The position numbers and the translations under genes were made by a program. This document shows, piece by piece, positions 1-12,496 of a stretch of DNA of 64,000 nt. Source of the stretch: Eledone cirrhosa (taxonomy: Eukaryota); the NCBI GenBank assembly GCA_964016885.1, contig OZ024752.1, positions 20,336,001 through 20,400,000 of the forward strand, in the 5' to 3' direction. Under the pieces are notes generated by a model, which made no database searches, was not told the DNA's origin, and saw only the letters and a list, made by a program, of their open reading frames with translations. Within the stretch, counting starts at the first letter, position 1. Each line of letters begins with the position of its first letter.

Positions 1-725
1 GAAATCGATGTGTAGTAGGCATCAATATCGAACTGGATAAACTTATTAGATTCAAGTTTATTAATCCCAGAGAACCAATCTATAACTTCCTTAGTGTTCC
101 CCCATAGGTTAAAATTAACTTTATCCCTAACATCTGGTATAATAAGGTCAAGGATTTTTTTACTGATTACGGCTATATCGGACTTAGAAGGACAGATGAG
201 TCTAACAGAGGGGTTACTAATGAAGTCTACCTTATGATCCTTAAGAGTGAATCTCGGTTCTCTAGGGTAATATGGCTGGGTATACTTATCAAGGCCGAGG
301 TCCGAGACTATTTTAAGACCCTCACTATTGATATGGTTCAAATTATCTAGCGTAGTCTTTTTATAATTTCTATGCAGCTCCTTATAAATAAAGTCACGGT
401 AAGCACTGTAATCCATAGAGTATAGATTCTTAGTCTTATCCGCCGGGACAAGAATAGACTTATTCGCACTAAAACCCTTAACAATATTTTTAAGTCTAGA
501 CTGGAACTTATCAAATTTATTATAATTTCTATGTCTATTATTTGGCCTATACTTAATATTTTTGACAAGAGAGAGTAAGTCACTTTCAAAATTATCTAAT
601 AGAACATTATGTGGTGGGCTCTTATAAGTTTTGAAGCCATAGTTATTAAAATGAGTTCTATTCCTGGGGTCCTTCCTATTCCTATTAATATCATAGTGGA
701 AAGCACGCCATCTAATCCTTTTTTT
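1..725 (-). mobile_element. Penelope-like retroelement ORF, N-terminal and RT region (probably Naiad-type); runs off the window edge
   Basis: Manual minus-strand translation is open: RIRWRAFHY...NYGFKTYKSPP...FESDLLSLVKNIKY...VPADKTKNLY...TLKDHKVDFISNPSVRLICPSKSDIAVISKKILD...NLWGNTKEVIDWF...FIQFDIDAYYTSI. These are the PLE ADK motif and RT motifs 1-3. It is missing from the ORF track because it has no stop inside the window. Clade assignment is inference. Confidence 0.85.
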
Positions 726-888
726 GCTTTGGACTATATTTGTAATATGGTTCAAAATGTTATCCACCTCCTTAGTGATTTTTATTATATATTTTTACCC
801 ATAATCTTCCAATACTTTAGTGTATGTACACTCCATATTCTTCGGAGTTTTTGGCTTGTATTGGCCGATAGTGCTTCTTGTGGTTTTG

Positions 889-933
889 ATTGCCCTGATG
901 AGTCCTTAATAGGACGAAACATTGTTGGCTAAT
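889..933 (+). ncRNA. Minimal type I hammerhead ribozyme (PLE pLTR-type)
   Basis: AUUGCC-CUGAUGA-GUCC uuaaua GGAC-GAAA-CAUUGUU^-GGCUAAU. Intact core, 4-bp stem II, short near-palindromic stem III, stem I GCC/GGC extendable across a bulge. Confidence 0.8.
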
Positions 934-974
934 AAAGACTTTTGATGTATTGAAGGCTTCTTTGTTTTATTTTC

Positions 975-1019
<45 letters not shown>

Positions 1020-1023
<4 letters not shown>

Positions 1024-1220
1024 GTAAAAGGTAAACAGAAATAACAACACAATCGGTACAGTATATGGAAGGGATATATTAGGTTAACGCTTGAAATAGC
1101 ATTTCGGACACTAGTCCTTCATCAGAAGAAAGAATGAGAAAGAAGATAGATTGAGGGGACCGGTGGGTTGGAATTGGAAAAGATGTCTTGAGATAAAAAT
1201 AACAGGTCCATTCATGTTGA
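1020..1220 (-). mobile_element. Short PLE-pLTR-like element with partial hammerhead; same family as 20610-20800
   Basis: Minus strand reads CUGAUGA-A-GGAC uagu GUCC-GAAA. It shares this motif and the tail tttctgtttacctttt with 20610-20800 and is flanked by (TA)n. Confidence 0.55.
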
Positions 1221-1620
1221 CATATATATATATATATAATATTAAGGATACTATTTATAGTTATGTATATACTATACTATATACAACTATAAACAGGTAA
1301 GGTCAGTAATTAATTACTACCTTATTACCAGTAAGATAAATAGCTCAATGTAAGAACATCATTTGTTATACAGAGCAGTAATATAGAATACACAAGAATC
1401 AAAGCTATGTTAGAACATTTAATTGCTGCCAATTGTTTCTTCCAAGCCTAGGCTTGGAGTCTTTGGAGCATTATTAATAATGTTTGTACATATAATCAGC
1501 TTCCTATTCCTCTGAAGAATCATACAGATACATATTGTGGACAACAGTGTGGGATGGATGCGGCATATATTATGTTATACTATAATTGTACAATAAGATT
1601 CAAAATTATATATATATATT

Positions 1621-1653
<33 letters not shown>

Positions 1654-2068
1654 TATATAAGCTGACACAGAGCTCTCTCCCAGGAACATTGGAAAACTCT
1701 ACAAAATTCTCAAACAAAATATAAAAAAGTAGACCAGTTCAGAGTAGGTTGTACATGGGTACTTGAGATGAAAATGCAGACCATAGAGGGCATCCAGCTA
1801 TAGAAAGCTTACTAAATAAAGGGTTAGGGGAACCCTTCAATTGTGAATAGAGTCACACACCTTAAAATAGCAACTTCTATTATAACTTTTGTCCAATTCT
1901 GCTTCCTCACCATTCTTTAGTTTTCGATTAAAGTCCTCCTCATGGTAAAGCTGGCTAGGTGATAGGGTAGAGGGTATGGGGGATGTGGACATGGTGACAT
2001 TGTGTCTCTTGATGTTATGTAGATATACATGTACTCCTGCGCTGTCTGTTTTTTTGTATTCTGAACTA

Positions 2069-2532
2069 CGGAGTAGGCAGACCCAGAAAATCCTGGGACG
2101 ACTTGATAAATTCCGACCTCACACACTTACACCTCTCCAAGACAATGTCACTGGACCGAGATCTTTGGCGCTACACAGTCAGTAGGCACTTCTAACAAAA
2201 ATACACCCCCGTCCCACTACTCCCACCCCATCCACCCCACCCCCTTAAATGTGAAGTTATGTTGGTACCACAACATCCAGTCCGAAACAAATGAGGTCGT
2301 GTAGGTGTCACAACAAAAAAACACACAGTCCACGCTGCAATGTGGCCGTGAAGGTAACACGGTAAAAACCTCCCTGTCTACACTGTAAATGAGTTGGTGT
2401 TAGGAAGGGCATCCAGCCGTAGAAAACCCGCCAGACAGTCCTATACGAGCAGGACAACCTCAAGTGAGAAACTCCCGTCCAAACCCATGCAAGCGTGGAA
2501 GATGGACGTTAAACGATGATGATGATGATGAT
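2069..2532 (+). mobile_element. 5'-truncated RTE LINE copy (ORF end plus 3'UTR, (GAT)n tail)
   Basis: Visibly similar to 28185-28727. Confidence 0.9.
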
Positions 2533-2544
2533 ATATATATATAT

Positions 2545-3860
2545 GCTCATAGCTGAGTCAATGGCTGAACTAGAGAAAAAATTCCAAACATGGAAGGATG
2601 GCCTAGAATCAAAAGGCCTTAAAGTTAGTCTAAGACTAAAGTCCTAATATGTAGGAAGGAGAATAGGGCACTGGTCCCATCTGGGAAATGGCCATGCTCA
2701 GTGTGTAGGAAAGGAGTAGGCAGAAACTCCATTTTATGTCCCAAATGCAAAGTATGGGTGCATAAAAGATGTAGTGGGATCACAGATAAGCTAACTAAGA
2801 ATATAGATTTTATATGTGGCCGGTGCTCTGGTGCAATAAGTAGCAGCAAATGCCCACAGAATACTAGCTCATTCCATTGCCCAGATGATTTTATAGAAAT
2901 AGTGGACACCTTCCGTTACCTGGATGACAAAATCAGCAGTGGTGTAAGGCGCTCCGAAAGTACTGTAGCTAGAGTCCGAATGGGATGGAAAAAGTTCAGA
3001 GAGCTTATACCACTAATGGCCGCTAAAGGTTTCTCTCTAAAAATAAAAGGCAGGCTGTATGATGCCTGCATATGAACAGCGATGTTACATGGCAGTGAGA
3101 CCTGGGCCTTGTGTGCAGAGGATCTACGCAGACTGGAGAGGAACTAAGCTTGCATGCTCCATTGGATGTGTAATAGTAATATACGCGAACGGCAAAGCAT
3201 AAATGAACTAAGTGAGAAATTAGGAATAAGAGGGATCAGATGCTGTTTACTCGAGAGAAGATTACGTTGGTATGGTCACGTGATGCGCATGAAAGACGAC
3301 AGCTGTATAAAAAAGTGCAGGGCGATCAAAATAGACAGTAGCTACGGAGTAAGCAAACCCAGAAAAATCTGGGACAACTTGATAAAATCCGACCTCACAC
3401 ACTTACACCTCTCCAAGACAATGTCACTGGACCGAGATCTTTGGCACTACACAGCAATACAGAAGACCCACCTTGCCTAAGTACAAAGCGAAACCTACAG
3501 TCAGTAGGCACCTCTTAACCAAAATACACCCCCCTCCCACCTCCCCTACCGCCATCTACACCACCCCTTACGATGTAAAGCTATGTTGGTACCACAACAT
3601 CCAGTCCTAAATAAATGAGGTGGTGTAGGTGTCACGACAAAAAAACACAGTCCACACTGTAATGTGGCCGTGTAGGTAACATGGTAAAAACCTCCCAGTC
3701 CACACTGTAAACGTGGTTGGTGTTAGGAAGGGCATCCAGCCGTAGATAACCCGCCAGACAGTCCTGAGCAAGACAACCAATCTTGCCTCAAGTGGGACAA
3801 TTGCCGTCCAGACCCATGCTAGCGTGGAAAATGGACGTTAAATGATGATGATGATGATGA
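2545..3860 (+). mobile_element. 5'-truncated, decayed RTE LINE copy
   Basis: ORF pieces 2701-3075 and 3154-3480 match the C-terminal part of the 27116-28321 protein, with stops. The 3'UTR and (GAT)n tail are present. Confidence 0.92.
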
Positions 3861-3994
3861 TACACATATATATATATATATACACACACACACATTTTAT
3901 AAACAAGTGTTAAACTAATTATATGGTACAGTAATTCACACATTAATACCACCACCACCACCACTACTCCTACTACTACTACTACTACCAACAA

Positions 3995-4185
3995 GGGTGG
4001 TGGATTGGCAGTATGGGTAGAGGGTCGGACGCCATGCTTTGACGCATAGAGTTACGGCCCTTGCCATTCTGAGTTCAAATCCCGCCGAGGTTAACTTTGC
4101 CTTTCATCCTTACGGGGTCGATAAAATAAAGTACCAGTAATGCTCTGGGTAATTGCTGGCCTTGTGCCAAAAGTACAAACAACTA
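3995..4185 (+). mobile_element. tRNA-derived SINE, family A (Meta-domain-like central region)
   Basis: A-box-like tggcagtatgggtaga, B-box gagttcaaatcc, central ctttgcctttcatccttacggggtcgataaaataaagtaccag, tail ggccttgtgccaaaagta. About ten further copies occur in the window. Confidence 0.8.
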
Positions 4186-5022
4186 TTACTACAACCAACA
4201 TCACCATCCTTAACATTTAAACAGGCCATATCAGACCAGAATTCTCTCACCTCTTTCTGTTCAAACCGGCTGCTCATACTTATGTTAAGGTATTGTTGTA
4301 AAAAAAAAATAATATCAAAATCTATTCATTTTATGTGAGATAAAGTCTTTACTGCAAATAAAATAATATATAGGGAGTAATGTAAATGTTAAAGGGTTAA
4401 CTGTAGATATTGCATCATGAATTTGTTGGAGACAAATCTTTACTTTAACTGAGCCCATAATTCCACCTGTTGCAAAGCCTTCTCCCAAAACATGTTGCTC
4501 TCAATGAGATTGTTAAACCTGGCTTGGACACAGCTGGCTTCCCATTGCAGATGAGGGGTGACAATATGCTGAATGGAATCATAATCTTTCCATTCTAGAT
4601 GGTGGGCCCCTCATCTGGGATGTGATGTGATCTCAACAATACCTGATCCCGCATCAACCTGGTAAATTTAGCATCAGAGCTAGGCTTCATTGTCCAACAG
4701 GCTAAAGCTTGTATGGTATTGTCCCGTAACTCCTGATAGAGTTGTAGGGGCGCTGTATTGACATACAGTGTTTCTAAGGCATTTTAAGCCTGGCGGAGCC
4801 CATCCCTCCCCAGGGCAGATTTCTTCCAGAGAGAGGAGGAATCAACCCCAACACTAGACTGGTACTTTTTTTTATTGACCTCGAATGGATGAAAGGCAAA
4901 GTTGACCATGGTGGGATTTGAACTCAGAAAGCCGGAACGAATACTATACAGCTGACAACAAGTTTATCATCAAAACCATAGCTGTAGAAAGATCTGGTAC
5001 CCTGAACCATGTTCCTACTTAC

Positions 5023-5148
5023 TACAATCAGGAGAAAGATGATCATCCACAAGAATGAGCCCTGAGAGATGGACTGACTCTTTGTGTGCATCTCCTTTTC
5101 ACTATTCTCTTGGATAGCACATTTGCCATTCTGAATGCTGGGATCTAT
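5023..5148 (-). CDS. Candidate internal exon (126 nt, phase 0-0) of an unidentified host gene
   Basis: ttcag acceptor and gtaagt donor. Open frame IDPSIQNGKCAIQENSEKEMHTKSQSISQGSFLWMIIFLLIV in non-repetitive sequence. No homology recognised. Confidence 0.3.
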
Positions 5149-5507
5149 CTGAACAGTTGTTGTTGTTGCATGATACCACAGAGAGACATATTTAAACAAT
5201 CATAGGTTAACCCTTTTCATAAGAAACTGCCTGAAACCATCTCTTATGTTACAGACCTGCTTGTCTTAAAAGTGTTTATATTTATCTGAAAACTTTCCAT
5301 CGTAATTTAACCCTTCAGCATTTAAACTAGCCATATCCAGCCAGAATTCTCACTTCTTTCTGTTCAAACCAGCCATAACCAGCCCCTCATACATTAAGGT
5401 ATTGTTCTCAAAATAGATAATATCAAAATTTCAAAGATTCAATATTATGTGAAATAATTATGTGCGATAAAGCCTTTACTGTGAAAATACAATAGTAAAT
5501 ATAGAGT

Positions 5508-5690
5508 AATTGTTTCTACTTTAGGCACAAGGCCAGCAATTACCCAGTGCATTACTGGTACTTTATTTTATCGACCCCGTAAGGATGAAAGGCAAAGTCA
5601 ACCTTGGCGGGATTTGAACTCAGATCGTAAAGGGACGTAACTATGCTGGAAAGCACGGCATCCGACCCTCTACCGATACTGCCAATCCAC
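5508..5690 (-). mobile_element. SINE family A inserted into a TTAA MITE
   Basis: Reverse complement of 3995-4185 type, flanked by the duplicated target agagtaat. It interrupts the MITE spanning about 5311-5713. Confidence 0.8.
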
Positions 5691-5894
5691 AGAGTAATGT
5701 GAAAACTAAAGGGCTAATAAACTTTAATAATGAGAAAGTTAGTTGTAGTACAAAATCCTTCAAATTCTTGGTTATTTTTAAAATGACCTAAAAAAACGTA
5801 TGCAGTGTATTTCATTAGAAATATAGTAACAAAAGGGGTAAATATATTTTCACGTGAGACACAGAGGTGTTCTCAATTATACTGCACAGATTAA

Positions 5895-6102
5895 CCCTTT
5901 AGCATTTAAATCGGCTGTATCTGGCCAGAATTCTCTCACTTCTTTCTGTTCAAACCGGCCATAACTCGCCACTCATACTAATGTTAAGGTATTGTTCTCA
6001 AAATAAATAAAATCAAAATCTCATAGATTTAATATTATGTGAGATAAAGTCTTTGCCGCGAAAATACAATAGTAAATATAGAGTAATGTAAATGTTAAAG
6101 GG
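5895..6102 (+). mobile_element. piggyBac-type MITE
   Basis: TTAA-ccctttagcattta ... taaatgttaaaggg-TTAA. Related copies at about 4207-4396, 5311-5713, 20257-20450 (-), 31950-32580 and 43656-43875. Confidence 0.8.
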
Positions 6103-7079
6103 TTAAAGGAGTGCATGTACAGCACTTTAACACAATTCCTAAACACAGTCTCTAATCAAGGATTATATTGTGTCCTTGATTCAATTCATTGGATGGGGTT
6201 AAGAAGATAGTAAATAATCTCTATGAGCTAAAGCTGGACTATCTTCATTTCAATCACTGAGGAGTAGGTGTTAGATTACGGCCAACCTGTAGCTGCTGCA
6301 ACAATTCTTGACAAACATCAGACTTTACAAAACAAGCCAAGATATTTCAGGGGAGGTGATACAGTAACAATGTCTCACTTTGGTACTTGAGAAAGAAAAG
6401 TGAGGAAGAAATGATGAAGTTAGATTTCACAATGCTGGGTTTCACAGATTAGATGGTAAAAACAAAGTTGAGTGATGACAGGCAGTTGTTGCTGTTGTTA
6501 TGGCTCACACTTTCAAAGGTTTAGCCGACCTCCTATGAGGTTTTATTTCAAATGAGGTTTCTTGGCTATTTGAATAAGGGCCCTAATTCTAAGATGTCTC
6601 TATTTTTTCAAATGACATGAAGCATGATTTGAACTCAGAATGCACAGAATGAAAACAGATAGCACAAGGCATCCCATCTGACAGTCTAACAATTTTGCCA
6701 ACTCACCACCCTAGACTGGTACTTTATTTATCAATCCTGAAAGGATGAAAAGCAAAATTGACCTCAGTGAATATATTGTAGAATAGAAATGTCTAATCAA
6801 TGCCAGCAAAGAGAAAATACAGATTAAAATGTTGCTGTTGATGATGGTGATGGTAATGATGACAAGGAGGAGGATTGTGATGAAGAGAAAGAGTCAGATA
6901 AAATTGAGGAGTAGAAGAAAGTTTTAACTACCTCCCTTAATCCTTAACAGACGAGTTGTCAGAACACAAAGTAAACTGCTCAACAATTTATTAACCCTTT
7001 AAACCAGCCATATCTGGCCAGCATTCTCACACCTCTTTCTGTTCAAATTGGCTGTAACTGGCCACTCATACTCATTTAT

Positions 7080-7480
7080 GCACAAGGTCAACAACTTTGG
7101 GGTAGGGGAAAGATGATTAAATCAACCTCAGTGCATTACTGGTACTTTATTTTATTGGCCCCGTAAGAATGAAAAGCAAAGCTAACCTCAGCAGGATTTA
7201 AACTCAGAAAATAAAAGGACAAAACTTTATGCCACAAAGCATGGTGTCCGACTATCGATATTGCCAATCCACCAATGATAATAATAATAGTTTCTAATTT
7301 AGGCACAAGGCCAATAATTTTGGGGGAAAGGAAAAGTTGATTAAATCAACCCTGGTGCATTACTGGTACTTTATTTTATCGATCTCGTAAGGATGAAAGG
7401 CAAAGTTAACTATGTCAGGATTTGAAATCAGAATGTAAAAGGCTGTAGCTCTATGCCGTGAAGTTGCCAATCCACCAGTG
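7080..7480 (-). mobile_element. Two tandem SINE family A copies
   Basis: The block gtgcattactggtactttattttat..gtaag.atgaaa.gcaaag.taac..ggattt.aa.tcagaa occurs twice. Confidence 0.75.
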
Positions 7481-7554
7481 ATATTAATAATAAACATATT
7501 TGACCTACTTTGTCGTGGACCATAACAATCCACCTAACCTAAATCAGCATGGGA

Positions 7555-10516
7555 AATTGACAGGTGACAACAACGACAACAATTGAGCAATTGACAGGTG
7601 GCAACGACAACAATTGAGCAATTGACAGGTGGCAACGACAACAATTGAGCAATTGACAGGTGGCAACGACAACAATTGAGCAATTGACAGGTGGCAACGA
7701 CAACAATTGAGCAATTGACAGGTGGCAACGACAACAATTGAGCAATTGACAGGTGGCAACAACAACAATTGAGCAATTGACAGGTGGCAAAAACGACAAC
7801 AATTGAGTAATTGACAGGTGGCAACAACAACAACAATTGAGCAATTGACAGGTGGCAACAACGACAACAATTGAGCAATTGACAGGTGGCAACAACGACA
7901 ACAATTCAGCAATTGACAGGTGGCAACAACAACAATTGAGCAATTGACAGGTGGCAACAAGGACAACAGTTGAGCAATTGACAGGTGGCAACAACGACAA
8001 CAGTTGAGCAATTGACAGGTGGCAACAACGACAACAGTTGAGCAATTGACAGGTGGCAACAACGACAACAGTTGAGCAATTGACAGGTGGCAACAACGAC
8101 AACAGTTGAGCAATTGACAGGGGACAGCAACGACAACAGTTGAGCAATTGACAGGTGGCAACAACGACAACAGTTGAGCAATTGACAGGTGGCAACAACG
8201 ACAACAGTTGAGCAATTGACAGGTGGCAACAACGACAACAATTGAGCAATTGACAGGTGGCAACAACGACAACAATTCAGCAATAGACAGGTGGCAACAA
8301 CAACAATTGAGCAATTGACAGGTGGCAACAAGGACAACAGTTGAGCAATTGACAGGTGGCAACAACGACAACAGTTGAGCAATTGACAGGTGGCAACAAC
8401 GACAACAGTTGAGCAATTGACAGGTGGCAACAACGACAACAGTTGAGCAATTGACAGGTGGCAACAACGACAACAGTTGAGCAATTGACAGGTGGCAGCA
8501 ACGACAACAGTTGAGCAATTGACAGGGGACAGCAACGACAACAGTTGAGCAATTGACAGGTGGCAACAACGACAACAGTTGAGCAATTGACAGGTGGCAA
8601 CAACGACAACAGTTGAGCAATTGACAGGTGGCAACAACGACAACAGTTGAGCAATTGACAGGTGGCAACAACGACAACAGTTGAGCAATTGACAGGTGGC
8701 AACAACGACAACAGTTGAGCAATTGACAGGTGGCAACAACGACAACAGTTGAGCAATTGACAGGTGGCAACAACGACAACAGTTGAGCAATTGACAGGTG
8801 GCAACAACGACAACAGTTGAGCAATTGACAGGTGGCAACAACGACAACAGTTGAGCAATTGACAGGTGGCAACAACGACAACAGTTGAGCAATTGACAGG
8901 GGACAGCAACGACAACAGTTGAGCAATTGACAGGTGGCAACAACGACAACAGTTGAGCAATTGACAGGTGGCAACAACGACAACAGTTGAGCAATTGACA
9001 GGTGGCAACAACGACAACAGTTGAGCAATTGACAGGTGGCAACAACGACAACAGTTGAGCAATTGACAGGTGGCAACAACGACAACAGTTGAGCAATTGA
9101 CAGGGGACAGCAATGACAACAGTTGAGCAATTGACAGGTGGCAACAACGACAACAGTTGAGCAATTGACAGGGGACAGCAACGACAACAGTTGAGCAATT
9201 GACAGGTGGCAACAACGACAACAGTTGAGCAATTGACAGGTGGCAACAACGACAACAGTTGAGCAATTGACAGGTGGCAACAACGACAACAGTTGAGCAA
9301 TTGACAGGTGGCAACAACGACAACAGTTGAGCAATTGACAGGTGGCAACAACGACAACAGTTGAGCAATTGACAGGGGACAGCAATGACAACAGTTGAGC
9401 AATTGACAGGTGGCAACAACGACAACAGTTGAGCAATTGACAGGTGGCAACAACGACAACAGTTGAGCAATTGACAGGTGGCAACAACGACAACAGTTGA
9501 GCAATTGACAGGTGGCAACAACGACAACAGTTGAGCAATTGACAGGTGGCAACAACGACAACAGTTGAGCAATTGACAGGTGGCAACAACGACAACAGTT
9601 GAGCAATTGACAGGTGGCAACAACGACAACAGTTGAGCAATTGACAGGTGGCAACAACGACAACAGTTGAGCAATTGACAGGTGGCAACAACGACAACAG
9701 TTGAGCAATTGACAGGTGGCAACAACGACAACAGTTGAGCAATTGACAGGTGGCAACAAGGACAACAGTTGAGCAATTGACAGGTGGCAACAACGACAAC
9801 AGTTGAGCAATTGACAGGTGGCAACAAGGACAACAGTTGAGCAATTGACAGGTGGCAACAACGACAACAGTTGAGCAATTGACAGGTGGCAACAACGACA
9901 ACAGTTGAGCAATTGACAGGTGGCAACAACGACAACAGTTGAGCAATTGACAGGTGGCAACAACGACAACAGTTGAGCAATTGACAGGTGGCAACAAGGA
10001 CAACAGTTGAGCAATTGACAGGTGGCAACAACGACAACAGTTGAGCAATTGACAGGGGACAGCAATGACAACAGTTGAGCAATTGACAGGTGGCAACAAC
10101 GACAACAGTTGAGCAATTGACAGGTGACAGCAATGACAACAGTTGAGCAATTGACAGGGGACAGCAATGACAACAGTTGAGCAATTGACAGGTGGCAACA
10201 ACGACAACAGTTGAGCAATTGACAGGGGACAGCAATGACAACAGTTGAGCAATTGACAGGGGACAGCAATGACAACAGTTGAGCAATTGACAGGTGGCAA
10301 CAACGACAACAGTTGAGCAATTGACAGGTGACAGCAATGACAACAGTTGAGCAATTGACAGGGGACAGCAATGACAACAGTTGAGCAATTGACAGGTGGC
10401 AACAACGACAACAGTTGAGCAATTGACAGGGGACAGCAATGACAACAGTTGAGCAATTGACAGGGGACAGCAATGACAACAATTGACAGGGGACAGCAAT
10501 GACAACAATTGAGCAA
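7555..10516. repeat. 34-bp minisatellite (about 88 copies; 31-bp variants at the left end)
   Basis: Unit ttgagcaattgacaggtggcaacaacgacaacag, with variant ggggacagcaatg enriched towards the right end. Confidence 0.97.
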
Positions 10517-10953
10517 AGGAGTTGGTATTATATGGTAAATAGAACTAGTTTCTTTATGGAATCATCATTATCACCACTGTTTAACGTTGGCATGGGTTAG
10601 ATGAGTTATCTCGTTGTAAGCTATGCCAGGTCAGGTAAACATGTCTTGCTCATACAGGTGTTAAAATCTTGGCCATATGTTTCTATGGTCAATAAGTACC
10701 AGTAATACACAGGAAACTGTTAAATTAACACTACTTTCTTTCTCTAATGGGAAAAAAGAGAAGTGGGGAAGGGTTTGTATTTAACAAAAAGAAAAACGAT
10801 AAAGATTATTATTAAACAATGTAATATAAGAAATTAAAAACAACAATTTGATGATTGGCAGAAAAATAAAAAGAAAACTTTGGACAGGTTTAGCAAGTGG
10901 AAGCTTCATCAGAAAGTAGTAGAGACATAATTAGCACTGGAAGATAAAAGGTG

Positions 10954-11024
10954 TTATTGAATAAAGCACTCAAATCTGCTGTTGTCAACAGCAACGACTT
11001 GGATTGCAGGGTTATTTAGAACAT
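10954..11024 (-). CDS. Candidate terminal exon ending in a CaaX-like motif
   Basis: Acceptor gttttttatttag followed by xVLNNPAIQVVAVDNSRFECFIQ*. No homology recognised. Confidence 0.25.
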
Positions 11025-11181
11025 CTAAATAAAAAACATATATAAGAATATTAAAAAATATATCAGAATGGAAAAATAAATAAAGCAAGTGATGAAATGA
11101 CAAAGAAACTAGTTATGGTAGATTTTCTTTGGTTGGCACTTGATGAGGACAGCAGAAAATCTAGTTGGAAATAGCTTAGAT

Positions 11182-11495
11182 CAGAGGTTCGCAAAGTGGG
11201 TGCTACCACCACCACCTCACCGGGAAGGAGGGCGTTGTGAAGGTTGGGGGTGGGGCACTGGGGCATATTAATTATTAGATGATACATATTATATATATAT
11301 ATAGTAAAATTAAAAATATAATATTTATTTATATGTAGTATATATTATATTATTTATCATATATAAATTAACAATTTTATTTATTATATATTATTTACAA
11401 TTTACATGTAGGCAGGTGTCTCTTGAAATAAGGGTAGGGTGCTGAGGGTATTACGTGGCCACGAGGGGGTGGGCCTAAAAGTTTGAGAACCTTTG
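11182..11495. mobile_element. hAT (Charlie-like) MITE
   Basis: TIRs cagaggttcgcaaa / tttgagaacctttg with a perfect 8-bp TSD gcttagat on both sides. Confidence 0.85.
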
Positions 11496-11559
11496 GCTTA
11501 GATAATGAGCAAATTATCTAACCATAATGAGGTTAATGTGGTAATGTGATAGTGTTGGT

Positions 11560-12132
11560 GCTGTGATAAAGTGCATCCAGTACACTCTGGAAAGTGTTAG
11601 TTGCTGGTACCATGACAACATACGCCCAGTACACTCTGTAAAGTGCTAGTTTCTGGTACCATGACAAAATACACCCAGTACACTCTGTAAAGTGTTAGTT
11701 GCTGGTGCCATGAAAAAATACACCCAGTACACTCTGTAAAGTGTTAGTTGCTGGTGCCATGAAAAAATACACCCAGTACACTCTGTAAAGTGTTAGTTGC
11801 TGGTGCCATGACAAAATACACCCAGTACACTCTGTAAAATAGTAAGTAGTAAGCCATGATAATGTGCACCCAGTACACTCTGTAAAGTAGTAGTGCTAGT
11901 ACCACAATGAAATACACCCAGTATACTCTGTAAAGTGTTTGTTGCTGGTGCCATGACAAAATGCACCCAGTACACTCTGCAAAGTGTTTGGCATTAGGAA
12001 AGGGCATTCAGCTGTATAAACCATACAAAATATGAAATGTGTGGGCAAGATATTGTTCTCTGACCTATCTGAAACTGTGACAACCTATCCAACCCATTCT
12101 AGTATGAAAAGCAAATATAAAATGATGATGAT
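11560..12132 (+). repeat. RTE-3'UTR-related element with about 9 tandem copies of a ~49-bp module
   Basis: Unit cacccagtacactctgtaaagtgttagttgctggtgccatgacaaaata, followed by the aggaaagggcattcagctgta...(GAT)n tail shared with the RTE 3'UTR. Confidence 0.8.
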
Positions 12133-12496
12133 GGAACAGTACAAAAAGAACATTTGGTCCACAATTACTATGGAGTTGACACAATACAAGACCTGGTGAT
12201 GCTTTACAGTTGACAACATCTGTAATTTTTCTGGCACGCCCAAGAGGCTCTTAACCCTTTCATTTTCTAATGAGCAAAAGGTCAGGAGGACTTTTCAGCT
12301 ATGTCAAAAACATGACAAACTCCCTTAGTGTTGGTGATCTACATGATACACATCCACAATAGATTCTGTAAAATTGTTGGTGGTATGAACAGCAGCTAAC
12401 TGTAGAAAACCTGCCAAACAAAAGGATGGTAGGACTCTTCAGCTGTGTCAAAGCTATGACAACCTTCCTTGTGCTGATGCCACAATAAAATGCATT

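Noticed and set aside
1425-1475. Minus-strand hammerhead-like hairpin (uccaagcc ua ggcuugga-a-GAAAC)
   Set aside because: The CUGANGA box is destroyed (CCAAAGA); at most a fossil.
3995-4090. tRNA gene
   Set aside because: The A/B boxes belong to multi-copy SINE heads; no full cloverleaf.
7534-10516. Long Cys/Leu/Val-rich ORFs up to 990 aa
   Set aside because: All three minus-strand frames are open because the 34-bp unit has no stop on that strand; this is a satellite artefact.
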